Of a DNA stretch of 28,052 nucleotides, positions 1-9,212 are shown piece by piece; the first letter of the stretch is position 1; the number at the start of each line of letters is the position of its first letter. The notes under the pieces were generated by a model, which saw only the letters and a list, made by a program, of their open reading frames with translations, searched no databases and was not told the DNA's origin. The position numbers were made by a program, and so were the translations under genes. Origin of the DNA: Cyanobacteriota bacterium (GTDB lineage Bacteria; Cyanobacteriota; Cyanobacteriia; Cyanobacteriales; Nostocaceae); the NCBI GenBank assembly GCA_046045965.1, contig JBJOKS010000043.1, positions 1-28,052 of the forward strand. The letters run 5' to 3'.

Positions 1-2
1 TG

Positions 3-290
3 CCGGAATTTACTTTAGAAATGGCGCTTTTGGCGAAAAATGCTGGTTTGAATGGGGCGGTTTGTTCTCCCCAGGAAGTGGGACAACTGCGGGAAAGTTG
101 CGGTAAGGATTTTTTGCTGGTTTGTCCTGGGGTGCGTCCTAGTTGGGCTGAAAAAGGTGATCAAAAGCGATCGCTTTCTCCCGCTCAAGCTGTTCAAGCT
201 GGTGCTGATTTTTTGGTGATCGGTAGACCTATTACTGCTGCTGCTGATCCGGTTTTGGCTTGGGATAAGATTTGTGAGGAGGTGGGTTAA
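3..290 (+). CDS. pyrF: Orotidine-5'-phosphate decarboxylase, 3' part (truncated by window start)
   Basis: Open frame from the window edge with the C-terminal OMP decarboxylase motifs [18 protein letters not shown] and LVIGRPIT. Confidence 0.95.
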   Translation, partial: PEFTLEMALLAKNAGLNGAVCSPQEVGQLRESCGKDFLLVCPGVRPSWAEKGDQKRSLSPAQAVQAGADFLVIGRPITAAADPVLAWDKICEEVG

Positions 291-301
291 CTCTGTTTTT
301 G

Positions 302-378
302 TTTCGCGCAAAGGCACAAAGGAGCAAAGGCGCAAAGGAAGAGAGAAACGAACCACGAAGAAGCGAAGGACACGAAGG
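302..378 (+). repeat. Short dispersed repeat built from ~9-nt units (CGCAAAGG / CACGAAGG)
   Basis: TTTCGCGCAAAGGCACAAAGGAGCAAAGGCGCAAAGGAAG; a near-identical copy lies at 25633 inside lnt. Confidence 0.8.
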
Positions 379-418
379 TAAGAGGTTTCAGAGAGATTTT
401 TTGACTGTGTTCTCAGTT

Positions 419-444
419 TTGTGGGGTGGGCATCTTGCCCGCCC
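419..444 (+). repeat. REP-like palindromic dispersed repeat, possible pyrF terminator/stabiliser
   Basis: TTGTGGGGTGGGCATCTTGCCCGCCC forms a hairpin; an inverted copy lies at 26770-26794. Confidence 0.75.
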
Positions 445-490
445 AAGTTATGGGATAATGTTTTTTACAGGATGTAGGTTTTTGGATTTG

Positions 491-1108
491 ATGATTTTTC
501 AAGATGAGGGAAGTAAAAAAGGCTGGTTTGTTTTTAAGGATTTAGTATTTCTTTTTCCTTGCTGGTTTTTGCTGTCTTTTGTCTTTGTATCTCCTGTTTT
601 CTCGAAAAATCTTTCTCCTAAACCTGTAAAATCAGAGTTGAGTAGTTCTTGTTCTGAGCAAAGTTTGGAGAGTTTAACTACTCGGTTGATGTTAGATTTA
701 CCTAGCTATGCTAACCGCGTTACTCAAAGATCCCGTCGTCTGAGTCGCAGTGTTGATATTTATCCTTATATTTTGGTGGCAGGTAAGCCGGAGTTTCAAC
801 CTTTACCTTTAAGTCCTGGTATTGATAGTTTCCAAAAGTATGAATCTGAAGGCGTTGATCAGGTTTTCTTTACAACCCTGGAACGACAGTATATTAATAA
901 AAAGGCGGTGGAGTTACAACAGTTCCATAGACTGTTTTTAACGAAAACTAATTTGGGTTGGCAGGTAGTGATGATGTTTACTCAAACTGGTGAATATCCA
1001 GTAAAATCACCAATCGCTCCTCCCAGGGATAGTAGTAACGGTGCGATCGCTCAAGGTGTTAAGCTTTGGTTACGTGATTGTCACGCGGGAAGTGTGCGGT
1101 TAAGATAA
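491..1108 (+). CDS. Conserved cyanobacterial hypothetical protein with N-terminal hydrophobic/signal segment
   Basis: The first ~64 codons of ORF 299..1108 are translated repeat DNA, so the in-frame ATG at 491 is the more plausible start. A hydrophobic stretch precedes a globular domain (DLPSYANRV...FFTTLERQY). Confidence 0.7.
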   Translation: MIFQDEGSKKGWFVFKDLVFLFPCWFLLSFVFVSPVFSKNLSPKPVKSELSSSCSEQSLESLTTRLMLDLPSYANRVTQRSRRLSRSVDIYPYILVAGKPEFQPLPLSPGIDSFQKYESEGVDQVFFTTLERQYINKKAVELQQFHRLFLTKTNLGWQVVMMFTQTGEYPVKSPIAPPRDSSNGAIAQGVKLWLRDCHAGSVRLR

Positions 1109-1237
1109 GTAGATTTTTTCTGTTGAAGTCGGTTTTTGGAAAAAAAGTTTTTTGTCAATAAGAATAGGTCTATTCTCAATATTGTTGAGAATTTTTTCTA
1201 TTTATTCAACGAGTTTTGGTTATTTCAGCCGTCGCTC

Positions 1238-1266
1238 TTGACATACTAAATTTTTTCTGCTAAATT
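1238..1266 (+). promoter_or_regulatory. Consensus sigma70-type promoter with no downstream sense ORF
   Basis: TTGACA (1238-1243), 17-bp spacer, extended -10 TGcTAAATT (1258-1266). Confidence 0.65.
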
Positions 1267-1353
1267 TGGTTAAAATCCCAAGGGATTGGTGTAAGTCAGG
1301 TTAACCCAGAGACGGGGATTTTGAGAGTATTAGACAAAGTTTTATATCAAGTT

Positions 1354-1755
1354 TTATAACAACCAATTTTCTAGTTTTAGTCCTGTAATTCTGGATAAGT
1401 CAGAATCATTAGAAACGAGAATTAAATCCCGTGTGATTGCTGTTGCTGCTATTAAAACATCTGCATCTTGGATGGGTTTACCTTTTACTTTTAATTGAGC
1501 ATGAATTTCACAGGATTTTTCAATGATTTCTAAATCATCTAAAAATAACACAGGATAATCATTACAAAACCCATGAAAATCTGCCAGTTGTCTAGTAGCG
1601 TTGAGAGATATTAGTCCTCTTTTCACTTCATAGTAAGTAATACAACTAATAAATATTTCTGAACCTAGAAAGCTTAACTCTCTCAGTTTATCATTTATAG
1701 TTGTATTTTTCTTTAACGCATAACTAACGATATTTGAATCAAGTAAATAATTCAC
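1354..1755 (-). CDS. vapC: PIN-domain (VapC family) toxin
   Basis: 133 aa with acidic PIN residues in LLDSNI, YEVKRG, DADVLIAATA and LVSND. Confidence 0.92.
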   Translation of the reverse strand: MNYLLDSNIVSYALKKNTTINDKLRELSFLGSEIFISCITYYEVKRGLISLNATRQLADFHGFCNDYPVLFLDDLEIIEKSCEIHAQLKVKGKPIQDADVLIAATAITRDLILVSNDSDLSRITGLKLENWLL

Positions 1756-1759
1756 CCTT

Positions 1760-2056
1760 TTATCTTCCTTCTACTGCTGCATCAAAAATCGCTATTTCTT
1801 CAGGTGATAAGTCGTTTAATGTTCCAGAAACCGCTTCTAGAGTTAAGATTTTACTAATTCTTCTGGTTAAATCATGTTCTTTAATAGCTCTCATTTCTTC
1901 TGGTGAAAGTCTGTTAAATAATTCTATCAGCATTTCGGTCATTTCATGTTGGTCTAATTTTACCATGTATAAGCTATTTTTCCGAAATAGTTTATCTACT
2001 AATGTGGAAATGCGTTCTCTTAGTTCTTGTTGGTAGTCGGTGATTTGTTCTTGCAT
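1760..2056 (-). CDS. Putative antitoxin of the downstream PIN toxin (family not recognised)
   Basis: 98 aa, ends 4 bp before the vapC start, acidic C-terminus, GGAG RBS upstream. Confidence 0.7.
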   Translation of the reverse strand: MQEQITDYQQELRERISTLVDKLFRKNSLYMVKLDQHEMTEMLIELFNRLSPEEMRAIKEHDLTRRISKILTLEAVSGTLNDLSPEEIAIFDAAVEGR

Positions 2057-2102
2057 GGTGGTTACTCCGTTTGTAGTTGAGAAAATCTTAAGTTCTATTT
2101 AT

Positions 2103-2111
2103 ATTATATCA
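2103..2111 (-). promoter_or_regulatory. Extended -10 of the leftward TA operon
   Basis: TGaTATAAT on the minus strand ~45 bp before the ATG at 2056. Confidence 0.5.
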
Positions 2112-2225
2112 TTCAACAAATTAATTTTTTAATACTCATTTAGAAAATAATCTGCGTTGATCTGCGTCCATCTACGTTCAAGTATTATTCCTTGTACTTC
2201 ACTGGAATGGGAATGGCTATAATGA

Positions 2226-2234
2226 TGCTATAAT
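2226..2234 (+). promoter_or_regulatory. Extended -10 of the rightward TA operon
   Basis: TGcTATAAT ~30 bp before the ATG at 2264; a second TATAAT at 2218-2223. Confidence 0.5.
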
Positions 2235-2263
2235 AACAAGAAATAAGGAAATCAAGATAAATC

Positions 2264-2533
2264 ATGATTACTGGAATTAAACAAAAAGCAACCGTTGGTA
2301 AAAATGGCAAAATTGAATTACCTACAACTGAGTTACCAGAGGGAACAATTGTAGAGGTAATTGTGTTATCATCTTCCCTACCTGCAAAGAAAAAAGTATT
2401 AACTGCTCGTGAGTTACTTGATTCGAGTGTGATAGGTTTATGGGAAGAAAGGGACGATATTCAAGATAGTCTTGTTTACTCTCGTCAGTTACGTGAACAG
2501 TCCCAAAGGAGAGATTATGATTCTCCTAGATAG
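2264..2533 (+). CDS. Putative VapB-type antitoxin (AbrB-like N-terminus)
   Basis: 89 aa; N-terminal VGKNGKIELP...VEVIVL hairpin-like motif; C-terminal IGLWEERDDI; overlaps the start of the PIN gene. Confidence 0.75.
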   Translation: MITGIKQKATVGKNGKIELPTTELPEGTIVEVIVLSSSLPAKKKVLTARELLDSSVIGLWEERDDIQDSLVYSRQLREQSQRRDYDSPR

Positions 2534-2903
2534 TGATATTGTTATTGACTTTCTTCGTAAATATCCACCTGCAATTATTTGGTTAAGTTCTTTGGGAGAT
2601 GAAGAAATTGCTTTACCTGGTTATGTAGCGATGGAATTGATGCAAGGATGTAAGAATAAGTTAGAATTGCAGGAAATTCGCAAATTTATTGCCAATGTTG
2701 AAGTAATTTGACCAACACCTGAAACCTGTGATCAAGCATTAGAAGTATTTGCAAATTATCATCTTAGTCATAATTTGGGATTAATTGATGCTTTAATCGG
2801 TCAAACATCAATCGCTTTCGGGTTACCATTACATACGTTTAATGTTAAGCATTATGCTGTTATTCCAGGTTTAATCACTGTTCAACTATATAAAAGATTA
2901 TAG
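2517..2903 (+). pseudogene. vapC: PIN/VapC toxin interrupted by an in-frame TGA at 2709-2711
   Basis: MILLDSDIVID...ANVEVI*PTPETCDQA...GLIDALIGQT...LHTFNVKHY...KRL*. The frame continues 64 codons past the TGA to a TAG at 2901-2903, giving a normal 128-codon PIN protein. AAGGAG RBS upstream. Confidence 0.88.
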
Positions 2904-2913
2904 GATTTTTAAA

Positions 2914-3173
2914 TGTCAGAATCAGGATGTCCAGGATTTGAGGATGTACAGGATGTAATTTATCGGTTGTTTATTGGTGCTGAATGTTGTAATTGTCAGA
3001 ATCAGGATGTCCAGGATTTGAGGATGTACAGGATGTAATTTATCAGTTGTTTGTTGGTGCTGAATGTTGTTGTAATTATCTGAATCATAATAAAAAAAAT
3101 CCCCAACTTCCCACTAACAATTATTAAATAACATCCTGAAAATCCTTTAATCCTGGTTATCCTGATTCAGACA
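2914..3173. repeat. Two 80-bp tandem copies plus an inverted copy of a 43-bp CAGGAT-rich dispersed repeat
   Basis: TGTCAGAATCAGGATGTCCAGGATTTGAGGATGTACAGGATGT at 2914 and 2994; reverse-complement variant at 3131-3173; same family at 27667-27748. Confidence 0.9.
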
Positions 3174-3245
3174 AAATAATCCCCAATTTCCCACAAACCA
3201 ATTCTTGATTATTGATTAATCTGTAATTCTCCTAGTTTAAAAAGT

Positions 3246-3277
3246 AACGAACCGCAGAGACGCAGAGGACGCAGAGG
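3246..3277 (+). repeat. Short dispersed repeat (ACGCAGAG units)
   Basis: AACGAACCGCAGAGACGCAGAGGACGCAGAGG; inverted copy at 25686-25717. Confidence 0.8.
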
Positions 3278-3300
3278 AAGAAAATTATAAACTGGGTTTA

Positions 3301-3354
3301 AGATCCCCGACTTCTTATTTGATCTTATTAGTTATTGTCAGAATTCGGGCATCT
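3301..3354. repeat. 15-bp inverted-repeat element (AGATCCCCGACTTCT family)
   Basis: Left arm AGATCCCCGACTTCT, degenerate right arm AGAATTCGGGCATCT; other copies at 16894 and 26649. Confidence 0.8.
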
Positions 3355-3421
3355 GTGCCATCACTTTTTGAGTTTTTAATGTATTAATGTAGGTCAAGGT
3401 AAGCCCAACCTAAATATGATT

Positions 3422-4540
3422 TTAACTGGATGTTAAAAATGGCTCTAAACGTTCAATGGAAAATTGTTCTTTGCCCACAGCTTTACCTATCGTACTGAGT
3501 GTTTCAATCTCATCTACGCAATCCATTTGTTCTAATGCTTTGATGTTGATAATATCAGCATCAATAATACCTAAATCCTGAAATCGTTTTTTAGTAAATT
3601 TAACTGTTAGACGAAAATAAGTACATAGTTTATCATTTAATTTTTCTGGAAGAGCTTGTGAAGAGGGTTTGTAGATAATTTTCTCATCATTCTTATCCCA
3701 ATCATTCGGTTGATAGCCAATTAATTTTAAAATATGATTCTGTTGGATATTTGCGTCCTCCATCAGAAGATTGATGATATATTCTGCCCAATTAACTGCA
3801 ATATAATTTTTGACTTTACCAATATCTATTTTGTTATCATAAAACCCTGTTCCTATGGAAATTAACAAGAGGTTATCAACGCCCCTTTTCCAACCAAGTC
3901 CTCCACTTGATGGTGGTTTTGTTGCTTCCAAAAATAACTGAAATGCAGGATTATTGTACATACTAACTCCTCCATCAACAAACTCATAAGGTTCTCCTGC
4001 AACTTCAAATTGATGAGGTGGAAAAAAAGTAGGGGCTGCTGAACTAGCTCTGATTAAATCTCTTAATTTGACTTGTTTATCTTCTTTAAACAATTTGTTA
4101 TTGTCATGGCTGGCAAAAATAGATGTATTACCTTCGGTAGCATTCTTAGTCACAATCATTAATATAGTTTTTAAATCAGGAGACCCCAAAGTCATATCTC
4201 CAAACACTTCTTGCAGCTTGTTTTCTAGGTGCGTTGGATTGTATTTTGTAAATAGCCTACCCAACTGAGGAATTTGGGATTTCCAAGTCTTTGTAAAAAT
4301 TTGTTTTCCATCTTGTTTATAAATGGATAGAAGCTCTCTTGCTGACATTCCCTTAGCTAATCCAGCAGCTAAAATTGAGCCTGTACTAGTCCCACCAATG
4401 AGATCAAAGAAATCCGCTAGGCATTGCCATCTTGGATTATAAGTCCTGAGCGCATCTTCTATCTGTACTAAAATTTCGGCAGCCATCACACCGCGAATAC
4501 CACCACCATCAATAGACAGCAATCTTTTTACTTCTGTCAT
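3422..4540 (-). CDS. Patatin-like phospholipase
   Basis: DGGGIRG oxyanion loop, GTSTG nucleophile elbow, ASSAAPTFF and catalytic DGG motifs are all intact. Confidence 0.93.
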   Translation of the reverse strand: MTEVKRLLSIDGGGIRGVMAAEILVQIEDALRTYNPRWQCLADFFDLIGGTSTGSILAAGLAKGMSARELLSIYKQDGKQIFTKTWKSQIPQLGRLFTKYNPTHLENKLQEVFGDMTLGSPDLKTILMIVTKNATEGNTSIFASHDNNKLFKEDKQVKLRDLIRASSAAPTFFPPHQFEVAGEPYEFVDGGVSMYNNPAFQLFLEATKPPSSGGLGWKRGVDNLLLISIGTGFYDNKIDIGKVKNYIAVNWAEYIINLLMEDANIQQNHILKLIGYQPNDWDKNDEKIIYKPSSQALPEKLNDKLCTYFRLTVKFTKKRFQDLGIIDADIINIKALEQMDCVDEIETLSTIGKAVGKEQFSIERLEPFLTSS

Positions 4541-5050
4541 AATGTTTCTATGATTTATCTACATGGCGCTATATTATATCCGAAATTATCTAAATTTTGT
4601 CTGGTTTCAAGGCATTTTTAGTGGTTTAAAGTCAGAGTTTAACCCAGGAGTAGAGCATACTAAGTTAAAGGCTCTAATGAAGGAGATTTCATCTGCTTGG
4701 GATGCTTTGGTTACGTTAGTTAACAATGTACTTTTGCTCACATCTGCTCAAAAATTAGCTAAAAAAATAACCACAATAATACGAGGACTTGCATATTTAC
4801 GTAATAATTTAATCATTAAATAACTAATTAATCAATCAGTTATGTAAACAGAATTTACAAAAAAGTGAGAAAACCTTGCTAAATTGTTAAGATTTGTCAA
4901 TAATGATTACGATTTTTATATCATTTTGTTTCAGTTCAGGGAGAAAACCCCCACTGAAACAGAGTTTTCTGGTACAAAACTCTTAATTGCCGAAGAAAAT
5001 GGAAGAAAAGAACTTCCAGTAGAGAACACGCCTCAAAGGAGCTTATCTGA

Positions 5051-8000
5051 ATGTTCACCCAGGTCAAGTCCACAATTAGACATATTGCACCTGACGATCT
5101 ACGCGGACGCAATCTGATTAAAGTCGTTTATGTTGTGCTTGAGTCTCAATATCAAAGTTCTTTATCTCAAGCAGTGCGGGAAATTAACGCCAACCACCCC
5201 AGCATAGCTATAGAAATTAGTGGTTACTTAATTGAAGAACTGCGCGACTCGGAAAATTATGAAGATTTCAAACGCGATATAGCTAGTGCTAATATATTCA
5301 TCGCTTCCCTGATATTTATTGAAGACCTAGCGCAGAAACTCGTCGCTGCCGTACAACCCCACCGCGATAACTTTGATGTGGCGGTTGTTTTCCCCTCCAT
5401 GCCCGAAGTTATGCGCCTTAACAAAATGGGTAGCTTCTCCTTGGCGCAGTTGGGACAATCTAAGAGCGTTATTGCCAACTTCATGAAGAAGCGTAAAGAG
5501 AAATCTGGCGCTGGTTTCCAAGATGGAATGTTAAAGCTCCTGCGTACCCTTCCCCAAGTGCTGAAATTCCTACCAATGGAAAAAGCACAAGACGCTAGAA
5601 ACTTTATGCTCAGTTTTCAGTATTGGTTAGGTGGTTCACCAGAAAACCTGGAAAACTTCCTGTTGATGCTGGCTGATAAATACGTCTTAAAAGGTGAAGA
5701 GAAACAAAAACTAGCTGCTGCTGACTATCAAGCACCAGTAGTTTATCCCGACATGGGTATTTGGCATCCTCTCGCGCCAAATATGTTTGAAGATGTGCGA
5801 GAATATCTGAATTGGTATTCTGTCCGCAGAGACATTTCTCGCAACCTCAAAGACCCCCTCGCACCCTGTGTAGGTTTGGTTTTACAACGCACTCACCTAG
5901 TTACCGGAGATGATGCACATTATGTAGCAATTGTCCAGGAATTAGAATCTTTAGGTGCAAAAGTTCTCCCTGTATTTGCTGGTGGTTTGGATTTCTCTAA
6001 ACCTGTAGATGCTTATTTCTACGAACCTACAACCAGATTACCTTTAGTTGATGCGGTTGTTTCCTTAACCGGTTTTGCTTTAGTGGGTGGACCTGCAAGA
6101 CAAGACCATCCCAAAGCTATCGAAGCATTAAAAAAATTAAACCGTCCCTACATGGTAGCCCTTCCTTTGGTGTTCCAAACCACCGAAGAATGGTTAGATA
6201 GCGATTTGGGGTTACATCCCATTCAAGTGGCTTTACAAATTGCTATTCCTGAACTTGATGGTGCGATCGAGCCTATCATCCTATCCGGTAAAGATGGGGC
6301 AACAGGTAGAGCGATCGCCTTACAAGACCGTGTAGAAATCGTAGCTCAACGTGCCTTAAAATGGGCAAGTTTACGCCGTAAACCCAAACTGCTGAAAAAA
6401 GTCGCTATCACCGTTTTCAGCTTCCCTCCCGATAAAGGTAACGTGGGAACTGCGGCATATTTAGATGTATTTGGTTCTATCCATGAAGTTCTCAAAGGAC
6501 TGAGAAACAACGGTTACGATGTGCGAGACATCCCCGAAACCGCGCAAGAGTTGATGGAACAAGTCATCCACGACGCACAAGCGCAGTACGCAAGTCCTGA
6601 ACTCAACATCGCTTACAAAATGTCAGTCCCTGAATATGAAGCACTGACACCATACTCCCAACGCTTAGAAGAAAACTGGGGTCCACCACCAGGAAACTTA
6701 AACAGCGACGGACAAAACCTGCTCGTATACGGTAAGCATTTCGGTAACGTCTTCATCGGTGTACAACCAACCTTTGGTTATGAAGGCGACCCCATGCGCT
6801 TATTATTCTCCCGTTCCGCTAGTCCTCATCATGGTTTCGCCGCTTTCTATACCTATTTAGAAAGAATTTGGGGTGCTGATGCCGTTTTACATTTTGGTAC
6901 ACACGGATCATTAGAGTTTATGCCTGGTAAACAGATGGGGATGTCTGGAGATTGTTACCCAGATCAACTAATTGGCACAATTCCCAACCTGTATTATTAC
7001 GCAGCGAATAACCCCAGTGAAGCGACTATCGCTAAACGTCGCAGTTACGCCGAAACAATTTCTTACCTCACCCCACCTGCGGAAAACGCTGGTTTATACA
7101 AAGGTTTGAAAGAACTCAGTGAGTTAATTGGTTCTTACCAAACTTTGAAAGATAGCGGCCGGGGAGTTTCCATTGTCAATGCGATCGTTGACAAATGCCG
7201 CATTGTAAACTTGGATAAAGATATTGACCTGCCCGAAACCGACGCTAAAGATATGTCCTCTGAAGAACGGGATAATATCGTCGGTATCGTTTATCGCAAG
7301 TTAATGGAAATTGAATCTCGCTTATTACCTTGCGGTTTGCATATCATCGGTAAACCACCTTCTGCGGAAGAGGCGATCGCCACTTTAGTGAATATTGCCA
7401 GTTTAGATCGGCAAGAAGACGGTATACTTGGTTTACCCTCCATCATTGCTAACAGCTTAGGCCGCAACATTGAGGAAATTTACCGCAACAGCGACAAAGG
7501 CATTTTAGCCGATGTGCAATTGTTACAAGATATTACAATGGCTACCCGTGCGGCTGTAGCAGCTTTAGTACAAGAACAAATTGATGCAGAAGGTCGAGTT
7601 TCCTTAGTATCCAAGTTGAATTTCTTTAACATGGGTAAAAAAGAACCTTGGGTAGAATCTCTGTATCAGTCCGGTTTTAACAACGTGGACACCTCTGCAT
7701 TAAAACCCTTGTTTGAGTATTTGGAATTTTGCCTCAAACAAGTTTGTGCAGATAACGAACTCGGTGGTTTATTGCAAGGATTGGAAGGTGAATATATTTT
7801 ACCCGGACCTGGTGGCGACCCCATCCGTAATCCTGACGTATTGCCCACAGGTAAAAATATACACGCCTTAGACCCCCAATCTATCCCCACCACTGCGGCT
7901 GTGCAGTCCGCGAAAATCGTCGTTGACAGGCTGTTAGAACGCAATAAGGCTGAAAATGGTGGAAATTGGCCAGAAACCATCGCCTGTGTCCTCTGGGGTA

Positions 8001-9037
8001 CAGATAACATCAAAACCTACGGGGAATCCCTGGCACAAATTATGTGGATGGTGGGAGTGCGTCCTGTTCCCGATTCTTTGGGACGGGTGAACAAGTTGGA
8101 ATTGATACCTTTAGAAGAATTGGGTCGTCCTAGAATTGACGTTGTAATTAACTGTTCTGGTGTATTCCGCGACTTGTTCATCAACCAAATGAACCTGCTT
8201 GACCAAGGTGTGAAAATGGCCGCTGAAGCTGATGAACCCTTGGAAATGAACTTTGTGCGGAAACACGCACTGCAACAAGCGGAGGAAATGGGAATAAATC
8301 TGCGTCAAGCTGCAACCCGTGTTTTCTCTAATGCTTCTGGTTCTTATTCTTCTAATATCAACTTAGCAGTTGAGAATAGCACTTGGGATAGTGAAGCGGA
8401 ATTGCAAGAAATGTATTTGAAACGCAAATCTTTCTCTTTCAATTCTGATAACCCCGGTGTGATGGATGAGTCACGGCAGATTTTTGAAACAACTTTGAAA
8501 ACTGCTGATGCAACTTTCCAAAATCTGGATTCTTCGGAAATCAGTTTAACTGATGTTTCCCATTATTTTGACTCTGACCCCACTAAGTTAGTTGCAAGTC
8601 TGCGTGCAGATGGTAAGAAACCTGCGTCTTATATTGCAGATACAACTACTGCGAATGCACAGGTAAGAAGTTTATCGGAAACTGTGCGTTTGGATGCGCG
8701 GACGAAGTTGTTAAACCCCAAATGGTATGAGGGGATGTTGTCTCACGGTTACGAAGGTGTGCGGGAACTTTCCAAGCGGTTGGTAAATACCACTGGTTGG
8801 AGTGCAACTGCTGGTGCTGTGGATAACTGGGTTTATGAGGAAACCAATGAGACGTTTATTAAAGATGAGGAAATGCAGAAACGTCTGATGAATTTGAATC
8901 CTCATTCTTTCCGCAAGATTGTTTCTACTTTGTTGGAAGTCAATGGTCGCGGTTATTGGGAGACGAGTGAGGAGAATTTAGACAAGTTGAGGGAGTTGTA
9001 TCAGGAGGTGGAAAATCGGATTGAGGGTATAGAATAA
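5051..9037 (+). CDS. chlH: Magnesium chelatase subunit H
   Basis: 1328 aa; [12 protein letters not shown] start, [26 protein letters not shown] and [19 protein letters not shown]. Confidence 0.99.
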   Translation: MFTQVKSTIRHIAPDDLRGRNLIKVVYVVLESQYQSSLSQAVREINANHPSIAIEISGYLIEELRDSENYEDFKRDIASANIFIASLIFIEDLAQKLVAAVQPHRDNFDVAVVFPSMPEVMRLNKMGSFSLAQLGQSKSVIANFMKKRKEKSGAGFQDGMLKLLRTLPQVLKFLPMEKAQDARNFMLSFQYWLGGSPENLENFLLMLADKYVLKGEEKQKLAAADYQAPVVYPDMGIWHPLAPNMFEDVREYLNWYSVRRDISRNLKDPLAPCVGLVLQRTHLVTGDDAHYVAIVQELESLGAKVLPVFAGGLDFSKPVDAYFYEPTTRLPLVDAVVSLTGFALVGGPARQDHPKAIEALKKLNRPYMVALPLVFQTTEEWLDSDLGLHPIQVALQIAIPELDGAIEPIILSGKDGATGRAIALQDRVEIVAQRALKWASLRRKPKLLKKVAITVFSFPPDKGNVGTAAYLDVFGSIHEVLKGLRNNGYDVRDIPETAQELMEQVIHDAQAQYASPELNIAYKMSVPEYEALTPYSQRLEENWGPPPGNLNSDGQNLLVYGKHFGNVFIGVQPTFGYEGDPMRLLFSRSASPHHGFAAFYTYLERIWGADAVLHFGTHGSLEFMPGKQMGMSGDCYPDQLIGTIPNLYYYAANNPSEATIAKRRSYAETISYLTPPAENAGLYKGLKELSELIGSYQTLKDSGRGVSIVNAIVDKCRIVNLDKDIDLPETDAKDMSSEERDNIVGIVYRKLMEIESRLLPCGLHIIGKPPSAEEAIATLVNIASLDRQEDGILGLPSIIANSLGRNIEEIYRNSDKGILADVQLLQDITMATRAAVAALVQEQIDAEGRVSLVSKLNFFNMGKKEPWVESLYQSGFNNVDTSALKPLFEYLEFCLKQVCADNELGGLLQGLEGEYILPGPGGDPIRNPDVLPTGKNIHALDPQSIPTTAAVQSAKIVVDRLLERNKAENGGNWPETIACVLWGTDNIKTYGESLAQIMWMVGVRPVPDSLGRVNKLELIPLEELGRPRIDVVINCSGVFRDLFINQMNLLDQGVKMAAEADEPLEMNFVRKHALQQAEEMGINLRQAATRVFSNASGSYSSNINLAVENSTWDSEAELQEMYLKRKSFSFNSDNPGVMDESRQIFETTLKTADATFQNLDSSEISLTDVSHYFDSDPTKLVASLRADGKKPASYIADTTTANAQVRSLSETVRLDARTKLLNPKWYEGMLSHGYEGVRELSKRLVNTTGWSATAGAVDNWVYEETNETFIKDEEMQKRLMNLNPHSFRKIVSTLLEVNGRGYWETSEENLDKLRELYQEVENRIEGIE

Positions 9038-9053
9038 TCATCATCTGATGTTG

Positions 9054-9079
9054 TAGAGACGTTGTATGCAACGTCTCTA
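9054..9079. repeat. REP-like perfect hairpin downstream of chlH (possible terminator/stabiliser)
   Basis: TAGAGACGTTG-TATG-CAACGTCTCTA; a relic of the same family lies at ~22074. Confidence 0.8.
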
Positions 9080-9157
9080 AATAATGGGCATTTACCTTAA
9101 TACCAAAAATGTTGTATAATCATTAATTAATATTAAGCTTTATATATCTTGTTCACT

Positions 9158-9172
9158 AACCTAATATGGGTT
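9158..9172. promoter_or_regulatory. Putative C-protein operator upstream of the methyltransferase
   Basis: AACCTA-ATA-TGGGTT, 14/15 identical to the box at 11400-11414; lies downstream of a TATAAT at 9115-9120. Confidence 0.75.
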
Positions 9173-9212
9173 ATTATTGATTTTTAGAATTAGTTATGAG
9201 GTAAATACGAAA

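Noticed and set aside
15..490. ORF 15..446 (-) and the N-terminal extension of ORF 299..1108
   Set aside because: Antisense to pyrF and/or translated repeat DNA
2149..2220. ATCTGCGT 9-mer repeats and a TGTACTTCAC...GCTATA segment as a MITE
   Set aside because: Only one candidate end is visible and there is no second copy in the window, so an element cannot be supported
2914..3073. Possible mini-CRISPR (43-bp repeat plus 37-bp spacer)
   Set aside because: The two spacers are nearly identical, so this is a tandem duplication; the unit also occurs inverted and dispersed
3422..4540. Calling a CBASS system
   Set aside because: No CD-NTase or Cap2/Cap3 genes are in the window
4843..4859. NtcA-like site TGTA...TACA upstream of chlH
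   Set aside because: The spacer is 9 nt rather than the required GTA-N8-TAC
4563..5117. ORFs 4563..4823 and 4884..5117
   Set aside because: They lie in the AT-rich divergent patatin/chlH promoter region with no recognisable domain; the second overlaps chlH out of frame
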